Of a stretch of 56,082 nt of DNA, positions 34,258-44,010 are shown one piece after another. The notes beneath the pieces were generated by a model. That model was not told the origin of the DNA. It saw nothing but the letters and a program-made list of their open reading frames with translations, and did no database searches. Positions within the stretch are counted from its first letter, which is position 1. Every line of letters starts with the position of its first letter. The position numbers and the translations under genes were made by a program. Source of the stretch: an uncultured Planctomycetales bacterium (GTDB taxonomy: Bacteria > Planctomycetota > Phycisphaerae > UBA1845 > PWPN01); contig CAZMVY010000003.1 in assembly GCA_964569765.1 (NCBI GenBank), positions 1-56,082 on the forward strand, read 5' to 3'.

Positions 34258-35577
34258 ATGGTCACCCCTCGCACCGGTTCCTCAGGAATCTCGCAGGGGG
34301 ACCCTTTGCCTCGACCCGAGGCAACCCTCCATGCGGAAAACGCCCGCGCGCCGGTCGTCTTCCTGTCGGCCCTGGAGCCGAGCGCCGACCTGCACGCCGC
34401 CGAGCTTATCAGCGCGATCCGACGTCGTTGCCCCGATGCCCGGTTCGTCGGCTTGGGCGGACCCCGGATGCGGGCTGCCGGCTGCGAAACGCTGTGCGAC
34501 ATGACCAGCCGCTCTGCAATGCTGCTCGGCGCGGTCCGCATCGCGGGCGACGCCCTTCGCCTCCTTCAGCGCGTGGACCGGTTCTTCGCAGCCGGCGACG
34601 CCGACGTATTCGTGCCCGTGGACTCCCCCACCTTCAACCTCCCGCTGGCCCGACGCGCCAAGGCCAGAAGGCTGCCCGTCGTATACTACATTGCCCCGCA
34701 GGTATGGGCCTGGGCGGAGTTCCGTCTTCGCAAGGTGCGGCAGAGGACCGATCGGCTCGCGGTGATCCTCCCCTTTGAGGAAGCCTATTTCCGCTCTCAT
34801 TGCATCCCCGCGACATTCGTCGGTCATCCCCTGATGCAGTCGCTGCCACGCCACTCGCCGGAGGCGGGCCTCATCGATGAGTTCCGCGGTCTCGGCCGCC
34901 CCTTGATCGCATGCCTGCCGGGGTCGCGGCGGCACGTGGTCAATGAGGTCCTGCCCGGCCAGATCGACGTATGCCGCCGCATCCTGACCCGTTATCCCGA
35001 TGCTGGGTTTCTCTTCGCCGCCGCGAACGACGAACGGGTGCATGACATCCGGGCGGCACTTCGCGCCAGCGACCGCGCAACGGCCGGCAGCGGTCCCGCT
35101 TCGTCGCAGCCGCTGCCTTGTCGTATCGAGACCGGCCGCAACGCGGAGGTAATCCTGGCCGCCGACCTCGTGCTCGTCGCCTCGGGCACAGCCACGCTGG
35201 AGGTCGCCTATTACCGTCGCCCCATGATCGTCATGTACAACGCTTCCAAGTGGGGCTACCGACTCCTCGCCCGGTGGCTGATCCGCACCCCGCACCTGTC
35301 TCTGGTCAACATCCTTGCCGGGCGGGCCCTCGTGCCGGAGTTCATGCCCTATTTCGAATCGATCGAACCGATCGCGTCCGAGGCGCTCGATCTGCTCGGC
35401 AATCCGGCCCGGCGGGCGTCCATGACGGCGGGGCTTGATGCGCTGGTTCGGGACCTCGGCTCGCACCGGGCCGACGAGGAGGCGGCCGCCCTCGTCCTTG
35501 ATGCCTGCCGGGCAGCGTCGCCCGGCGTGCAGCGCATCCGGCCGGGCCCGGTCGGTTCGCGACACCGAATCTGGTAG
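34258..35577 (+). CDS. lpxB: Lipid-A-disaccharide synthase
   Basis: VVFLSALEPSADLHAAELISAIRRR...FVGLGGPRM, YYIAPQVWAW and ASGTATLE match LpxB. I chose the ATG at 34258 (the track start at 34180 is TTG), so the N-terminus is uncertain. Confidence 0.85.
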   Translation: MVTPRTGSSGISQGDPLPRPEATLHAENARAPVVFLSALEPSADLHAAELISAIRRRCPDARFVGLGGPRMRAAGCETLCDMTSRSAMLLGAVRIAGDALRLLQRVDRFFAAGDADVFVPVDSPTFNLPLARRAKARRLPVVYYIAPQVWAWAEFRLRKVRQRTDRLAVILPFEEAYFRSHCIPATFVGHPLMQSLPRHSPEAGLIDEFRGLGRPLIACLPGSRRHVVNEVLPGQIDVCRRILTRYPDAGFLFAAANDERVHDIRAALRASDRATAGSGPASSQPLPCRIETGRNAEVILAADLVLVASGTATLEVAYYRRPMIVMYNASKWGYRLLARWLIRTPHLSLVNILAGRALVPEFMPYFESIEPIASEALDLLGNPARRASMTAGLDALVRDLGSHRADEEAAALVLDACRAASPGVQRIRPGPVGSRHRIW

Positions 35578-35624
35578 GGCTTCGGCAGTCGCATATTCGC
35601 GTTGCCGGCAATACCATATAGGGG

Positions 35625-37055
35625 ATGACGCTGCGGCGGCGACTGCTCCTCGTTTACCTCATCATCGTGGTCTTGAGCTGCGCGACGGTCGCCATCGCCG
35701 TCAACGAACTGCTCTATTCGCGGCAGGTCGTAGACGACCTCGAGCGATGGCAGGATATCCTGTTGAACGTGCAGAGGCTCCGGACGGCCTTCGCGCGCAG
35801 CCTGTTGACGTATCCGCCCGAGGGAACGGCCACGCAACCCGCCGAAGGCGCATCCGCCGAGGACGATTTCGGCGCCCTTATCGCTCAGGTGCGGCGCGTG
35901 TACCGGCCGTACCCGCTCTTTATCGACCTGCGCGGGCTGCTGAGCCGCGTGCTCGAGGCCTACAACGTGTGGCGGGAGAAGGCCATCGCGGGCGATCCGC
36001 AGGCCCGCGACCAGGCAACGGTCGTCCACGAGTGGCTGAACATGCTCACGCGGCAGATCGTCGAACAACGCAACGCCCTCGTCGAATCGGCGCACGAGCA
36101 GAACCAGCGAACCCTTACCCTCCTGGTCGCAGTCGCAGGGCTGACGATCGCGCACCTGCTCATCGTGGGGGCGATTCTTCGCCGGTGGCTTCTGCGCCCG
36201 GTCCAGCAGCTCGGGCGTCAGGTGGCTGCGCTGGGCCGGGACGAACCGCCGCCGGAACCGCTCGTGGCCTCGCCGGCGGAACTGGCCGATCTGGCGAATG
36301 CGCTGGATCGCGCCCGTCTTTCGCTCGACGCGATGCGGCAGCGGCTCATCGAGTCGGAACGCATGACGACGCTGGGCCAACTGGCCGCGCAGCTCGCCCA
36401 TAACCTTCGCAACCCCCTGGCGAGCATCCGCGCCGCCGCCCAGATCGCCGCCAGGCGCGGTCGCGTCGACGACTACGCGAGCCAGCGACTGGGGGAAATC
36501 GTCAGCGCCGCCGACCGGCTCGCACGCTGGGTAACCGGCATGATGGAGTTTGCCCGTCCCCGGCCCGCCAGGCTCGAATCGCACGACGTCGTGCCGCTCT
36601 TCGGTCAGATCCGCGAAGCACTCGCCTCCGAACTCGCCGCGAAGGAAATCGTCCTCGAGATCGACGCACCGACCGAGGGCATCGCCGTGCCCCACGAGCC
36701 GTCTTCCCTCGAACAGGCGATCATCGCGGCGGTCGTCAACGCCATCGAGGCCTCCCCCATCGGCGGCCGGGTCACTCTGCGGGCGGAGCGGGTTAACGAC
36801 GCCGGCCCGACCGGCGGAGGTTGCCGGATCTCGATCATCGATCAGGGCAGCGGCCTGCCGGAAGGGCCGCCCGATCAGGTCTTCGAGCTGAGCTTCACAA
36901 CCAAGCAGACGGGCATGGGTCTGGGGCTGACGCTCGCACGCCAGGCCATCCAGCGACAGGGCGGCACGGCGACGGCGCGCCGGAACCCCGGCGGCGGTAC
37001 AATCATCGAGTTCCAACTGCCGGCACAAGCGCCGGAACCGGAGAATCCCGGGTGA
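35625..37055 (+). CDS. Sensor histidine kinase (TM, ~150-aa extracytoplasmic helical domain, TM, HAMP, HisKA, HATPase)
   Basis: The TMs are LLLVYLIIVVLSCATVAIAV and LTLLVAVAGLTIAHLLIVGAIL. The H-box is LGQLAAQLAHNLRNPLASI. The G-boxes are IIDQGSGLP and GMGLGLTLA. Confidence 0.9.
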   Translation: MTLRRRLLLVYLIIVVLSCATVAIAVNELLYSRQVVDDLERWQDILLNVQRLRTAFARSLLTYPPEGTATQPAEGASAEDDFGALIAQVRRVYRPYPLFIDLRGLLSRVLEAYNVWREKAIAGDPQARDQATVVHEWLNMLTRQIVEQRNALVESAHEQNQRTLTLLVAVAGLTIAHLLIVGAILRRWLLRPVQQLGRQVAALGRDEPPPEPLVASPAELADLANALDRARLSLDAMRQRLIESERMTTLGQLAAQLAHNLRNPLASIRAAAQIAARRGRVDDYASQRLGEIVSAADRLARWVTGMMEFARPRPARLESHDVVPLFGQIREALASELAAKEIVLEIDAPTEGIAVPHEPSSLEQAIIAAVVNAIEASPIGGRVTLRAERVNDAGPTGGGCRISIIDQGSGLPEGPPDQVFELSFTTKQTGMGLGLTLARQAIQRQGGTATARRNPGGGTIIEFQLPAQAPEPENPG

Positions 37056-37087
37056 CGAGACCCGATCGGTCAGTCTGAGGACGTAGC

Positions 37088-38518
37088 ATGCCTCGCATCC
37101 TCGTTGTGGAAGATGAAGCCGTCCTGGCCAACGCGATGGCCGACGCCCTGGCCGCCGCCGGCCACACCACGGACAAGGTCTACGCCGGCGAAAAGGTCCT
37201 GGCGAAGTGCCGCGAGTTCCTGCCGCAGATCGTGTTGCTGGACGTCCGCCTGGGCGGGGTCAGCGGCATCGACCTGCTCTCGAATATCAAGGCGGAGTGG
37301 CCGGAGACCGAAGTCGTCGTGCTCACCGCGTACGGAAGCGTCGAGATCGCCGTCGAGGCCATGAAGCGGGGAGCGGCGGAGTTCCTCACCAAGCCGATCG
37401 ACCTCGACGTTCTGACCGCCAAGGTGGGCAGCGTGTGGTCGGCCTTGCAGGCCCGGCGGCGTCTGGAGCAGTTCGAGACGGCCCAGCATGAGCGACTCAA
37501 GCAGATCCAGTTCCTCGGCGAGTGCCCGGCCATACAGGAAATTCGACGGCTCGTCGACCGGCTTGCCGAGCGAAGCGCAGCGGCCGCGGCGCCCCCGACA
37601 TCCATCCTCCTGACCGGGGAAACCGGGACCGGCAAGGACCTCCTCGCCGCCCTGCTGCACTCGCGCCTGCCGCAACGGCAGGGACCCTTCGTGACCGTGA
37701 ACTGCGCAGCCGTCCCCGCCGAACTCTTCGAGTCGGAATTGTTCGGCCACAAACGCGGCTCCTTCAGCGGCGCGACGGCGGACAAGGTCGGGCTCTTCGA
37801 AACGGCCGATGGCGGCACGCTCATGCTCGACGAAATCGCCGATATGCCGCCGGCCCTTCAGCCCAAACTCCTGCGGGCCATCGAAACGCAGACCATCCGC
37901 CGGATCGGCGAGACGCGCGACCGGGAGGTCCGCCTGTGCGTTATTGCCGCCACCAACCGCGACCTCGAGAAGGCCGTCGCCGAGCACCGGTTCCGTCAGG
38001 ACCTGTACTTCCGCCTGAAGGTCGTCACGATTGAACTGCCCCCTCTGCGTCAGCGCGGGGCGGACATCCTGCTGCTCGCCAACCACTTCTGCGCGATGCT
38101 GGCCGCCCGGTATTCGCTGCCCGGTCTGCGCCTCGCGGAGGAAACCCGGGAAGCGATCGGCCGCTACCCGTGGCCGGGGAATGTTCGCGAACTGCTTAAC
38201 GCCTTGGAGCATGCGGCTCTGGTCGGCGCAGGGCGAGAGATCACCCCGGCCGACCTGCGACTGTCGGCCGACGCCCGGCCGGTCCGGCCGGCCACCCTTG
38301 CCGAACAACTCCTCGCGAACTTGGCCGCTGGGCAGGCAATCGACCTGGAACGGCTCGAGAAGGCCGTTATCGAACAGGCGCTTCAGCAGACCGGCGGGAA
38401 CGTTTCGGCGGCGGCGAGGCTGCTTTCCATCGGACGGGAAGCAATGCGATACAGGATGGGGAAGTTTAACCTCAGCGTCGAGCCTGCCTCCGACCCATCG
38501 ACGGAGTCTGGTGGATAG
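37088..38518 (+). CDS. Sigma-54-dependent response regulator (NtrC family: REC, AAA+, Fis-type HTH)
   Basis: The REC domain is MPRILVVEDE...VLLDVRLGG. Walker A is LLTGETGTGKDLLA. The GAFTGA-loop variant is GSFSGA. ESELFGH is present. The C-terminal HTH is NVSAAARLLSIGREAMRYRM. Confidence 0.95.
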   Translation: MPRILVVEDEAVLANAMADALAAAGHTTDKVYAGEKVLAKCREFLPQIVLLDVRLGGVSGIDLLSNIKAEWPETEVVVLTAYGSVEIAVEAMKRGAAEFLTKPIDLDVLTAKVGSVWSALQARRRLEQFETAQHERLKQIQFLGECPAIQEIRRLVDRLAERSAAAAAPPTSILLTGETGTGKDLLAALLHSRLPQRQGPFVTVNCAAVPAELFESELFGHKRGSFSGATADKVGLFETADGGTLMLDEIADMPPALQPKLLRAIETQTIRRIGETRDREVRLCVIAATNRDLEKAVAEHRFRQDLYFRLKVVTIELPPLRQRGADILLLANHFCAMLAARYSLPGLRLAEETREAIGRYPWPGNVRELLNALEHAALVGAGREITPADLRLSADARPVRPATLAEQLLANLAAGQAIDLERLEKAVIEQALQQTGGNVSAAARLLSIGREAMRYRMGKFNLSVEPASDPSTESGG

Positions 38519-38593
38519 CAACCACCCTGGTTCATTTGCACCAGAACAACCCGCGTCGACCCGCCCGCCCGCTTCCGCATAGAGGTGAGCGCG

Positions 38594-38609
38594 TGGCACG
38601 CCCCTTGCA
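38594..38609 (+). promoter_or_regulatory. Sigma-54 (-24/-12) promoter TGGCAC-N5-TTGCA
   Basis: TGGCAC lies at 38594..38599, the spacer gcccc follows, and TTGCA lies at 38605..38609. This is a full match to the consensus TGGCAC-N5-TTGCW. It sits 75 nt after the sigma-54 activator gene and 58 nt before the ATG at 38668. Confidence 0.8.
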
Positions 38610-38667
38610 TAGCGATCCTTTGCGAAATGGTACCGACATGGCCAGTTGGTTCAAAGGAGGCTGAAAA

Positions 38668-39669
38668 ATGAATCGTTCAGCGAAGCAGATCGGGCGGGCG
38701 GGCTTTACGCTCATCGAGTTGCTCGTCGTCGTGGCGATTATCGCCCTGCTCATCAGCATTCTCTTGCCGTCGCTGGCAGCGGCCCGCGAGCAGGCCAAAC
38801 GATCGGCGTGTGCGGCGAACCTCAAGGGCATCGCATTCGCATGCCTGACCTACGCAGAAGACAGCAAGCAGGGCGTCCTGCCCTCCTATACCCAGACCGG
38901 CGGCACCAAGCAGGTGGCCCGCGTGGGCAAGAACCGGACGCTGCCCACCAAGACCGCCGGCGAGTGCGAAAGCAACTCGCGGTGCTACTTCGCGCTTGTG
39001 CTGAACAAGTCGACGCAGCCGAAGATCTATCTCTGCCCGAGTGCCATGGGAATCGTGGATCACAAGTACGACAAGGCTGACGCCCTCCGCGTGGGCACGG
39101 ATAACCCCGTTTACGACTTCAGCGGGCACGTCGGCAGCCGACCGACGGAGATGGACCGGTTCAGCTATTCGTTCTCGAACAACGTGGTGGAAGTCTCCTC
39201 CAGCGGGGGTGTCATGGGCATCGCCACCAAGAACACCAACGATCCCCGCAAGGCCATCCTGGCGGATCGCAACCCGTACTGCAACAAGGTGACAGCGGGC
39301 GCGGTCGACGAGGGACTGTATGAGTACCAGACCGGCGGCGTGGACGATCCCGGGGACGCTCCGCTTCAGCCGCCCCTCCTGAACGGCGTGCCGAACCCGA
39401 ATTACAACGCCGCGCTTGTGATGAAAGGAAACTCTCGAAACCACCGGCAGCAGGGCCAGAACGTGGCCTATCTCGACGGACACGCCAAGTGGTCGAAGAC
39501 GCCGCGGGCGGGAGCCGACGACGACTTCATCTGGACGCCCTCGAAGCAGAGCACAAACAACAACGTCGTGGGGTACATCGACGTCAAGCCCAGTGAGATG
39601 ACGGCGTCCCAGTTCGGTCAGCAGAAGGCGCCTCCGGGCGCCCAGACCGACTCGTTCCTGGTGCCGTAA
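38668..39669 (+). CDS. DUF1559 / prepilin-type N-terminal cleavage-methylation domain protein (pseudopilin-like)
   Basis: The RBS is AAAGGAGG with a 7-nt spacer. The N-terminus is [37 protein letters not shown]. The C-terminal motif is [11 protein letters not shown]. Confidence 0.9.
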   Translation: MNRSAKQIGRAGFTLIELLVVVAIIALLISILLPSLAAAREQAKRSACAANLKGIAFACLTYAEDSKQGVLPSYTQTGGTKQVARVGKNRTLPTKTAGECESNSRCYFALVLNKSTQPKIYLCPSAMGIVDHKYDKADALRVGTDNPVYDFSGHVGSRPTEMDRFSYSFSNNVVEVSSSGGVMGIATKNTNDPRKAILADRNPYCNKVTAGAVDEGLYEYQTGGVDDPGDAPLQPPLLNGVPNPNYNAALVMKGNSRNHRQQGQNVAYLDGHAKWSKTPRAGADDDFIWTPSKQSTNNNVVGYIDVKPSEMTASQFGQQKAPPGAQTDSFLVP

Positions 39670-39714
39670 CGAACCGGCGGCTCGAACGAAACGATTCTCT
39701 TCCCCTGGCATCGT

Positions 39715-39751
39715 GACGGGGCGTTGCGGATGCATCGCCCCGTCGCTTTTT
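39715..39751 (+). terminator. Rho-independent terminator
   Basis: A 9-bp GC stem, GACGGGGCG (39715..39723) pairing with CGCCCCGTC (39736..39744), encloses a 12-nt loop. It is followed by GCTTTTTG with the T-tract at 39747..39751. Confidence 0.8.
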
Positions 39752-39890
39752 GCACACGGCAAGTCCGCCCGTTTCGCCTCGCTCCATCCGCGGCAACCGG
39801 CACTCGGTCGGCGAGCCGGCCGGATGCCACCCGTTCGGTTTCCGGCCCAGTTCGTCGAGCACCAGGCCCGGAAGCGCCCGACGGCGCCTC

Positions 39891-39919
39891 TTGACAGAGC
39901 CGCCGAGGCGGACTAGCTT
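39891..39919 (+). promoter_or_regulatory. Sigma-70-type promoter TTGACA-N17-TAGCTT for the rpmF-plsX-fab operon
   Basis: A perfect -35 lies at 39891..39896, the spacer is 17 nt, and the -10-like TAGCTT lies at 39914..39919. It is ~110 nt upstream of rpmF. Confidence 0.5.
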
Positions 39920-40027
39920 GTGGGGCTTGCGATGGAGGCCCAGCCGGAGCGGTATGCGTCCGCGACGTGCCTCCCGGAACTCAATGTTTCGTCGTTATTG
40001 GCTGTTGCGCTGGCGCCAGGAGCTTCC

Positions 40028-40213
40028 GTGCTACCTATTAGGAAAATATCAAAGGTACGTTCCCGGACGCGACGCTCCCATCACGCGTTGCGGGCCCCGA
40101 ATCTCGTGCCCTGTCCGAAGTGCGGACAGGCGAAGCGGCCGCACGCGGCGTGCTCGAACTGCGGCTACGCGAGCGCGAAGGTAGCGCTTCCGACGGAATC
40201 CGAGGAGTCCTGA
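40028..40213 (+). CDS. rpmF: 50S ribosomal protein L32
   Basis: GTG at 40028 lies 6 nt after AGGAG. The sequence is [46 protein letters not shown]. The track ORF starts upstream at 39920. Confidence 0.9.
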   Translation: MLPIRKISKVRSRTRRSHHALRAPNLVPCPKCGQAKRPHAACSNCGYASAKVALPTESEES

Positions 40214-40218
40214 CCTCG

Positions 40219-41211
40219 ATGCGAATCGGGATCGATGCCATGGGCGGCGACCACGCCCCGCACGAAATCGTGCGCGGCGCCGTCGAGGGTCTCGCCTCGG
40301 CCAACGGCAGCGAACTCGTTCTGATCGGCGACGAGCGGGCGATCCGCGCGGAACTGGACAAGCTCACCGGATGGCAGGATCGCGTGGAGATCGTCCCCAC
40401 GACCGAAGTCATCGGGATGGACGAAAGTCCCGTTGAGGCCGTCCGCAGGAAAAAGAACTCGTCGATCGTACGGCTGGCCGCGATGGCGGCCGAAAAGACC
40501 GTCGATGCCGTCATCAGCGCCGGCAATACTGGAGCCTGCGCGGCAGCGTGCCAGCTCAAGATCCAGCCGATCCGCGGCGTCCACCGACCGGGGATCGCCG
40601 TCGTCATCCCGTCCTTCCACGGACCGCTGGTCGTCTGCGACGTGGGGGCCAATATCGCTGCCAAGCCCAAACATCTCCACCAGTACGCCATCATGGCGTC
40701 GCTGTACGCACGCGAGCTGCTGGGCGTTGCCGATCCGCGTGTCGGTCTCCTGTCCGTCGGCGAGGAGGACGCGAAAGGGACGTGCGTGGTGAAAAAGGCC
40801 CATGAGCTGCTTCGCGCGGAACGGGCGGTGCATTTCATCGGCAACGTGGAAGGGCGCGACCTCTTTCGCGGGTCCGTCGATGTGGTCATCTGTGATGGCT
40901 TCGTAGGAAACATCGTGCTGAAACTCACCGAAGGTCTGGCCGAAGGTCTGTTCAAGACGATCTCCGCGGAAATCGCCGCGGCGATGCCGCACCTGGCCGA
41001 GGAGTTCAAACCGGTCGTGACGAAAGTATGGAGCAGCCACGATTACAGCGAGTACGGCGGGGCGCCCCTCCTGGGAGTTGACGGGATCTGCATCATCTGT
41101 CACGGCAGGAGCGATCATCGCGCGATCCGCAACGCCGTCCGGGTCGCCTCGAACTTCGTCGAGCGACGATTGAACACCGTGATTGCCGAAGGCCTGGCGA
41201 AGGGGCGATGA
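40219..41211 (+). CDS. plsX: Phosphate acyltransferase PlsX
   Basis: MRIGIDAMGGDHAP, SAGNTGA and GFVGNIVLK are present. The ATG lies 5 nt after the rpmF stop. Confidence 0.95.
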   Translation: MRIGIDAMGGDHAPHEIVRGAVEGLASANGSELVLIGDERAIRAELDKLTGWQDRVEIVPTTEVIGMDESPVEAVRRKKNSSIVRLAAMAAEKTVDAVISAGNTGACAAACQLKIQPIRGVHRPGIAVVIPSFHGPLVVCDVGANIAAKPKHLHQYAIMASLYARELLGVADPRVGLLSVGEEDAKGTCVVKKAHELLRAERAVHFIGNVEGRDLFRGSVDVVICDGFVGNIVLKLTEGLAEGLFKTISAEIAAAMPHLAEEFKPVVTKVWSSHDYSEYGGAPLLGVDGICIICHGRSDHRAIRNAVRVASNFVERRLNTVIAEGLAKGR

Positions 41212-41218
41212 AGGCGGC

Positions 41219-42211
41219 ATGACAACCTATCTTGCGATCTCCATCCGCGGCACCGGCCGTGCGGTCCCCGACCGGGTTCTGAGCAACGCCGATCTCGAGA
41301 GGACGCTGGACACCACGGACGAGTGGATCGTCACGCGCACCGGCATCCGCGAGCGGCGGATCGTTGCCGACGGCCAGAGCACCCTGACACTCGCCCTCGA
41401 GGCATCTGAGAAAGCCCTGCAGGACGCCGGCATGCGTGCCTCCGACCTCGACCTGATCCTCCTCGCCACGATCTCCCCGGAATACCCGTTCCCCGCGACG
41501 GCGTGCTTTCTGCAGGACAAGCTCGGCGCGAGCAACGTCCCGGCCTACGACATCTCGGCCGCGTGCAGCGGGTTCGTGTACGGCCTCATCAACGCCGCAC
41601 ACTTCGTGCATCAGGGCACGTATCGGAACGTTCTCGTAGTCGGCGCGGAGTGCATGTCGCGGTTCACCGATTACCAGGACCGGGGCACGTGCATCCTCTT
41701 CGGTGACGGCGCCGGCGCCGCGATCATCGGGCCGGCGGAGCAGAACGGACAGGGCATCTATCACTGCCAGATGGGCGCGGACGGCAGCGGGGCGGAGATG
41801 ATCTGCTGCCCGGGCGGCGGGGCCCGCGAGCCTGCCAGCCAGCGAACCGTGGACCAGCGGATGCACTTTCTCAAGATGCGCGGGCGCGAGGTCTACAAGT
41901 TTGCCGTCACGAAGATGCAGGAGGTGATCGAGCAGGCGATGGCATCGCAGAACCTCGGGCCCGACGACATCGCGATGGTCATTCCGCACCAGTCGAATCT
42001 GCGGATCATCGAATCGGCCACGCAGAAGCTTCGCTTTCCGCCGGAAAAGGTTTATATCAACATCGACCGGTACGGGAACACATCCGGCGCCTCGGTGCCG
42101 GTCGCATTGGACGAGGTTCTGCGGGACGGAAAGGTCAAGCGGGGGCAGTGGTTGCTCCTGGTGGCCTTTGGCGCGGGACTCACGTGGGCATCGGCCCTGA
42201 TCAAGGTCTGA
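41219..42211 (+). CDS. fabH: 3-oxoacyl-ACP synthase III
   Basis: TSDEWIVTRTGIRERR-type motif (TTDEWIVTRTGIRERR), active-site Cys in AYDISAACSGFVYGL, HQSNLRII and GNTSGASVP. Confidence 0.95.
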   Translation: MTTYLAISIRGTGRAVPDRVLSNADLERTLDTTDEWIVTRTGIRERRIVADGQSTLTLALEASEKALQDAGMRASDLDLILLATISPEYPFPATACFLQDKLGASNVPAYDISAACSGFVYGLINAAHFVHQGTYRNVLVVGAECMSRFTDYQDRGTCILFGDGAGAAIIGPAEQNGQGIYHCQMGADGSGAEMICCPGGGAREPASQRTVDQRMHFLKMRGREVYKFAVTKMQEVIEQAMASQNLGPDDIAMVIPHQSNLRIIESATQKLRFPPEKVYINIDRYGNTSGASVPVALDEVLRDGKVKRGQWLLLVAFGAGLTWASALIKV

Positions 42212-43149
42212 TGGGCAAGAAGGCAGCACTGTTTCCAGGGCAGGGATCCCAGAGCGTCGGCATGGGCCGCGACGTCGTCGAGGCTTACCCCGTCGCCCGG
42301 AAGGTCTTTGACGACGCCGACCGGATCCTGGGCATCGATCTGTCGTCCGCCTGCTTCAACGGCCCCGCCGAGACGCTCGAGGCGACCGATGTGCAGCAAC
42401 CGGCGATCTTCACGACCAGCGTGGCCGTCTGGCACGCCCTGTGCGAGGCCGTGCCGGGGGCGTGCGTGTTCGACGCGATGGCCGGGCTGAGTCTGGGCGA
42501 GTACACGGCGCTGCATCTGGCCGGCGCCATGAGCTTCGAAGACGCCTTGCGCGTCGTGCAGCGGCGCGGCCAACTGATGCAGGAAGCGGCCCTGGCGCAG
42601 TCCGGCGGCATGGTCAGCGTCGTGGGCCTGGACGAGCAGAACGTGCAGGCGCTCTGCGAGGAGGCGTCGTCGGCCGGCGCGGTCCGCCCGGCCAACTTCA
42701 ATGCGCCGGGCCAGATCGTCGTCTCCGGGACCAGGGCCGGCTGCGACCGGATCCTGACCCTGGTCGAGCAGCAGGGCGGACGGGCCGTGCCGCTCAAGGT
42801 GGCCGGCGCCTTCCATTCACCCCTGATGCAGTCCGCTGCCGACGGCCTGCGCGAGGCTCTCGAGCGCGTCGACATCCGGGCGCCTGCGGTCCCGGTGATC
42901 GCCAACCTCAACGGCGAGCCCCACGGCGATCCCGCGACGATCCGGGACCGTCTGGTGCAACAACTGGTGCAGCCGGTACAATGGCATCGCTCGATCGAGC
43001 GGTTGATCCAGGGCGGATTCGATCGCTTCGTGGAGATCGGGCCCGGGCGCGTTCTGACGGGGCTGATGCGCCGGATCAGCCGGGGCGTCTCGGCCACGAA
43101 CGTAAGCGACGCCGCCGGTATACAGAGAATCAAGGAGGAGGCCGTATGA
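42211..43149 (+). CDS. fabD: Malonyl-CoA:ACP transacylase
   Basis: [14 protein letters not shown] and [10 protein letters not shown] (GxSxG) are present. The ATG overlaps the fabH stop (TGATG). Confidence 0.95.
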   Translation: MGKKAALFPGQGSQSVGMGRDVVEAYPVARKVFDDADRILGIDLSSACFNGPAETLEATDVQQPAIFTTSVAVWHALCEAVPGACVFDAMAGLSLGEYTALHLAGAMSFEDALRVVQRRGQLMQEAALAQSGGMVSVVGLDEQNVQALCEEASSAGAVRPANFNAPGQIVVSGTRAGCDRILTLVEQQGGRAVPLKVAGAFHSPLMQSAADGLREALERVDIRAPAVPVIANLNGEPHGDPATIRDRLVQQLVQPVQWHRSIERLIQGGFDRFVEIGPGRVLTGLMRRISRGVSATNVSDAAGIQRIKEEAV

Positions 43150-43886
43150 CACTCAAGGACCAGGTCGCCATCGTGACAGGTGCCGCCCGGGGAATCGGCC
43201 GGGCCATCTGTCTGGCCCTGGCGGACGAAGGCGCCAACATCGCGGGCGTCGATCTCCGGACCGACGCCCTCGCCGAAACGGCCCGGCTCGTCGAGGCCAA
43301 GGGCGTCCGGTTCATGGCGCAGGTCGCCGACGTGACGCAGCGCGAACCGGTCGAGAAGCTCCGCGACGCCGTGCTGGAGAAGTTCGGCCGCATCGATATT
43401 CTTGTCAACAACGCGGGCATCACGCGAGACACGCTGATGCTCACGATGACCGAGGAACAGTGGGACGCGGTAATCCAGGTGAACCTGCGCGGGATCTTCA
43501 TCTGCACGCGGGTCATTGCCGAGGCGATGCTGCGGGCCCGGGCCGGGCGGATCATCAACATGGCCAGCGTCTCAGGCCTGATGGGCAACCCGGGGCAGGC
43601 GAACTACGCGGCGAGCAAGGCGGGCGTGGTCGGCTTTACGAAATCCGTGGCGAAGGAACTGGCCAAGCGGAACATTCTGTGCAATGCCGTGGCGCCCGGG
43701 TTCATCGCGACGGACATGACGGATGTCCTGCCGGAGAAGGTCAAGGAGACCGTGCGGCCGCTCATTCCGATGCAGCGGTTCGGGCAGCCCGAGGAGGTTG
43801 CCTCGGTCGTCGCCTTTCTGGCCGGACCGGCCTCCCGGTATGTTACGGGCCAGGTGATCGTAGTGGACGGCGGGCTGCATATGTAG
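43146..43886 (+). CDS. fabG: 3-oxoacyl-ACP reductase
   Basis: [20 protein letters not shown] and NYAASKAG are present. There is an ATGA overlap with fabD. Confidence 0.95.
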   Translation: MTLKDQVAIVTGAARGIGRAICLALADEGANIAGVDLRTDALAETARLVEAKGVRFMAQVADVTQREPVEKLRDAVLEKFGRIDILVNNAGITRDTLMLTMTEEQWDAVIQVNLRGIFICTRVIAEAMLRARAGRIINMASVSGLMGNPGQANYAASKAGVVGFTKSVAKELAKRNILCNAVAPGFIATDMTDVLPEKVKETVRPLIPMQRFGQPEEVASVVAFLAGPASRYVTGQVIVVDGGLHM

Positions 43887-43922
43887 CCGGCCGGCGGCGT
43901 TTCCGCACCGCCGGGGCCCATC

Positions 43923-43952
43923 TTGAGCGCCCGAGCGGTCCGGCGGTATAGT
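43923..43952 (+). promoter_or_regulatory. Candidate internal promoter TTGAGC-N18-TATAGT ahead of acpP, preceded by a GC hairpin (43891..43914)
   Basis: The -35-like hexamer lies at 43923..43928 and the -10-like hexamer at 43947..43952. The upstream hairpin is CCGGCGG-N10-CCGCCGG. Confidence 0.4.
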
Positions 43953-44010
43953 ACGCCGATTTCAGTGGTCGAAGGGACTGGATTTCTCTTCCAGCATGGA
44001 GGATTGTGTC

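Noticed and set aside
35349-38599. Long minus-strand ORFs 35349..37028 (559 aa) and 37070..38599 (509 aa)
   Set aside because: They are antisense to the histidine kinase and sigma-54 regulator genes, which carry all the catalytic motifs. They are shadow ORFs.
39750-40184. 144-aa plus-strand ORF upstream of and overlapping rpmF (considered as a possible yceD/DUF177)
   Set aside because: It is out of frame with rpmF and overlaps it. It is Arg/Pro/Ser-rich, lacks the Cys-rich DUF177 pattern, and spans a predicted promoter.
42430-42444. Second sigma-54-like element TGGCAC-gccct-GTGC (GG-N10-GC spacing preserved)
   Set aside because: It lies ~220 nt inside fabD, and its -12 region reads GTGC, not TTGC. 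A match of this reduced stringency is plausible by chance in a window this size.
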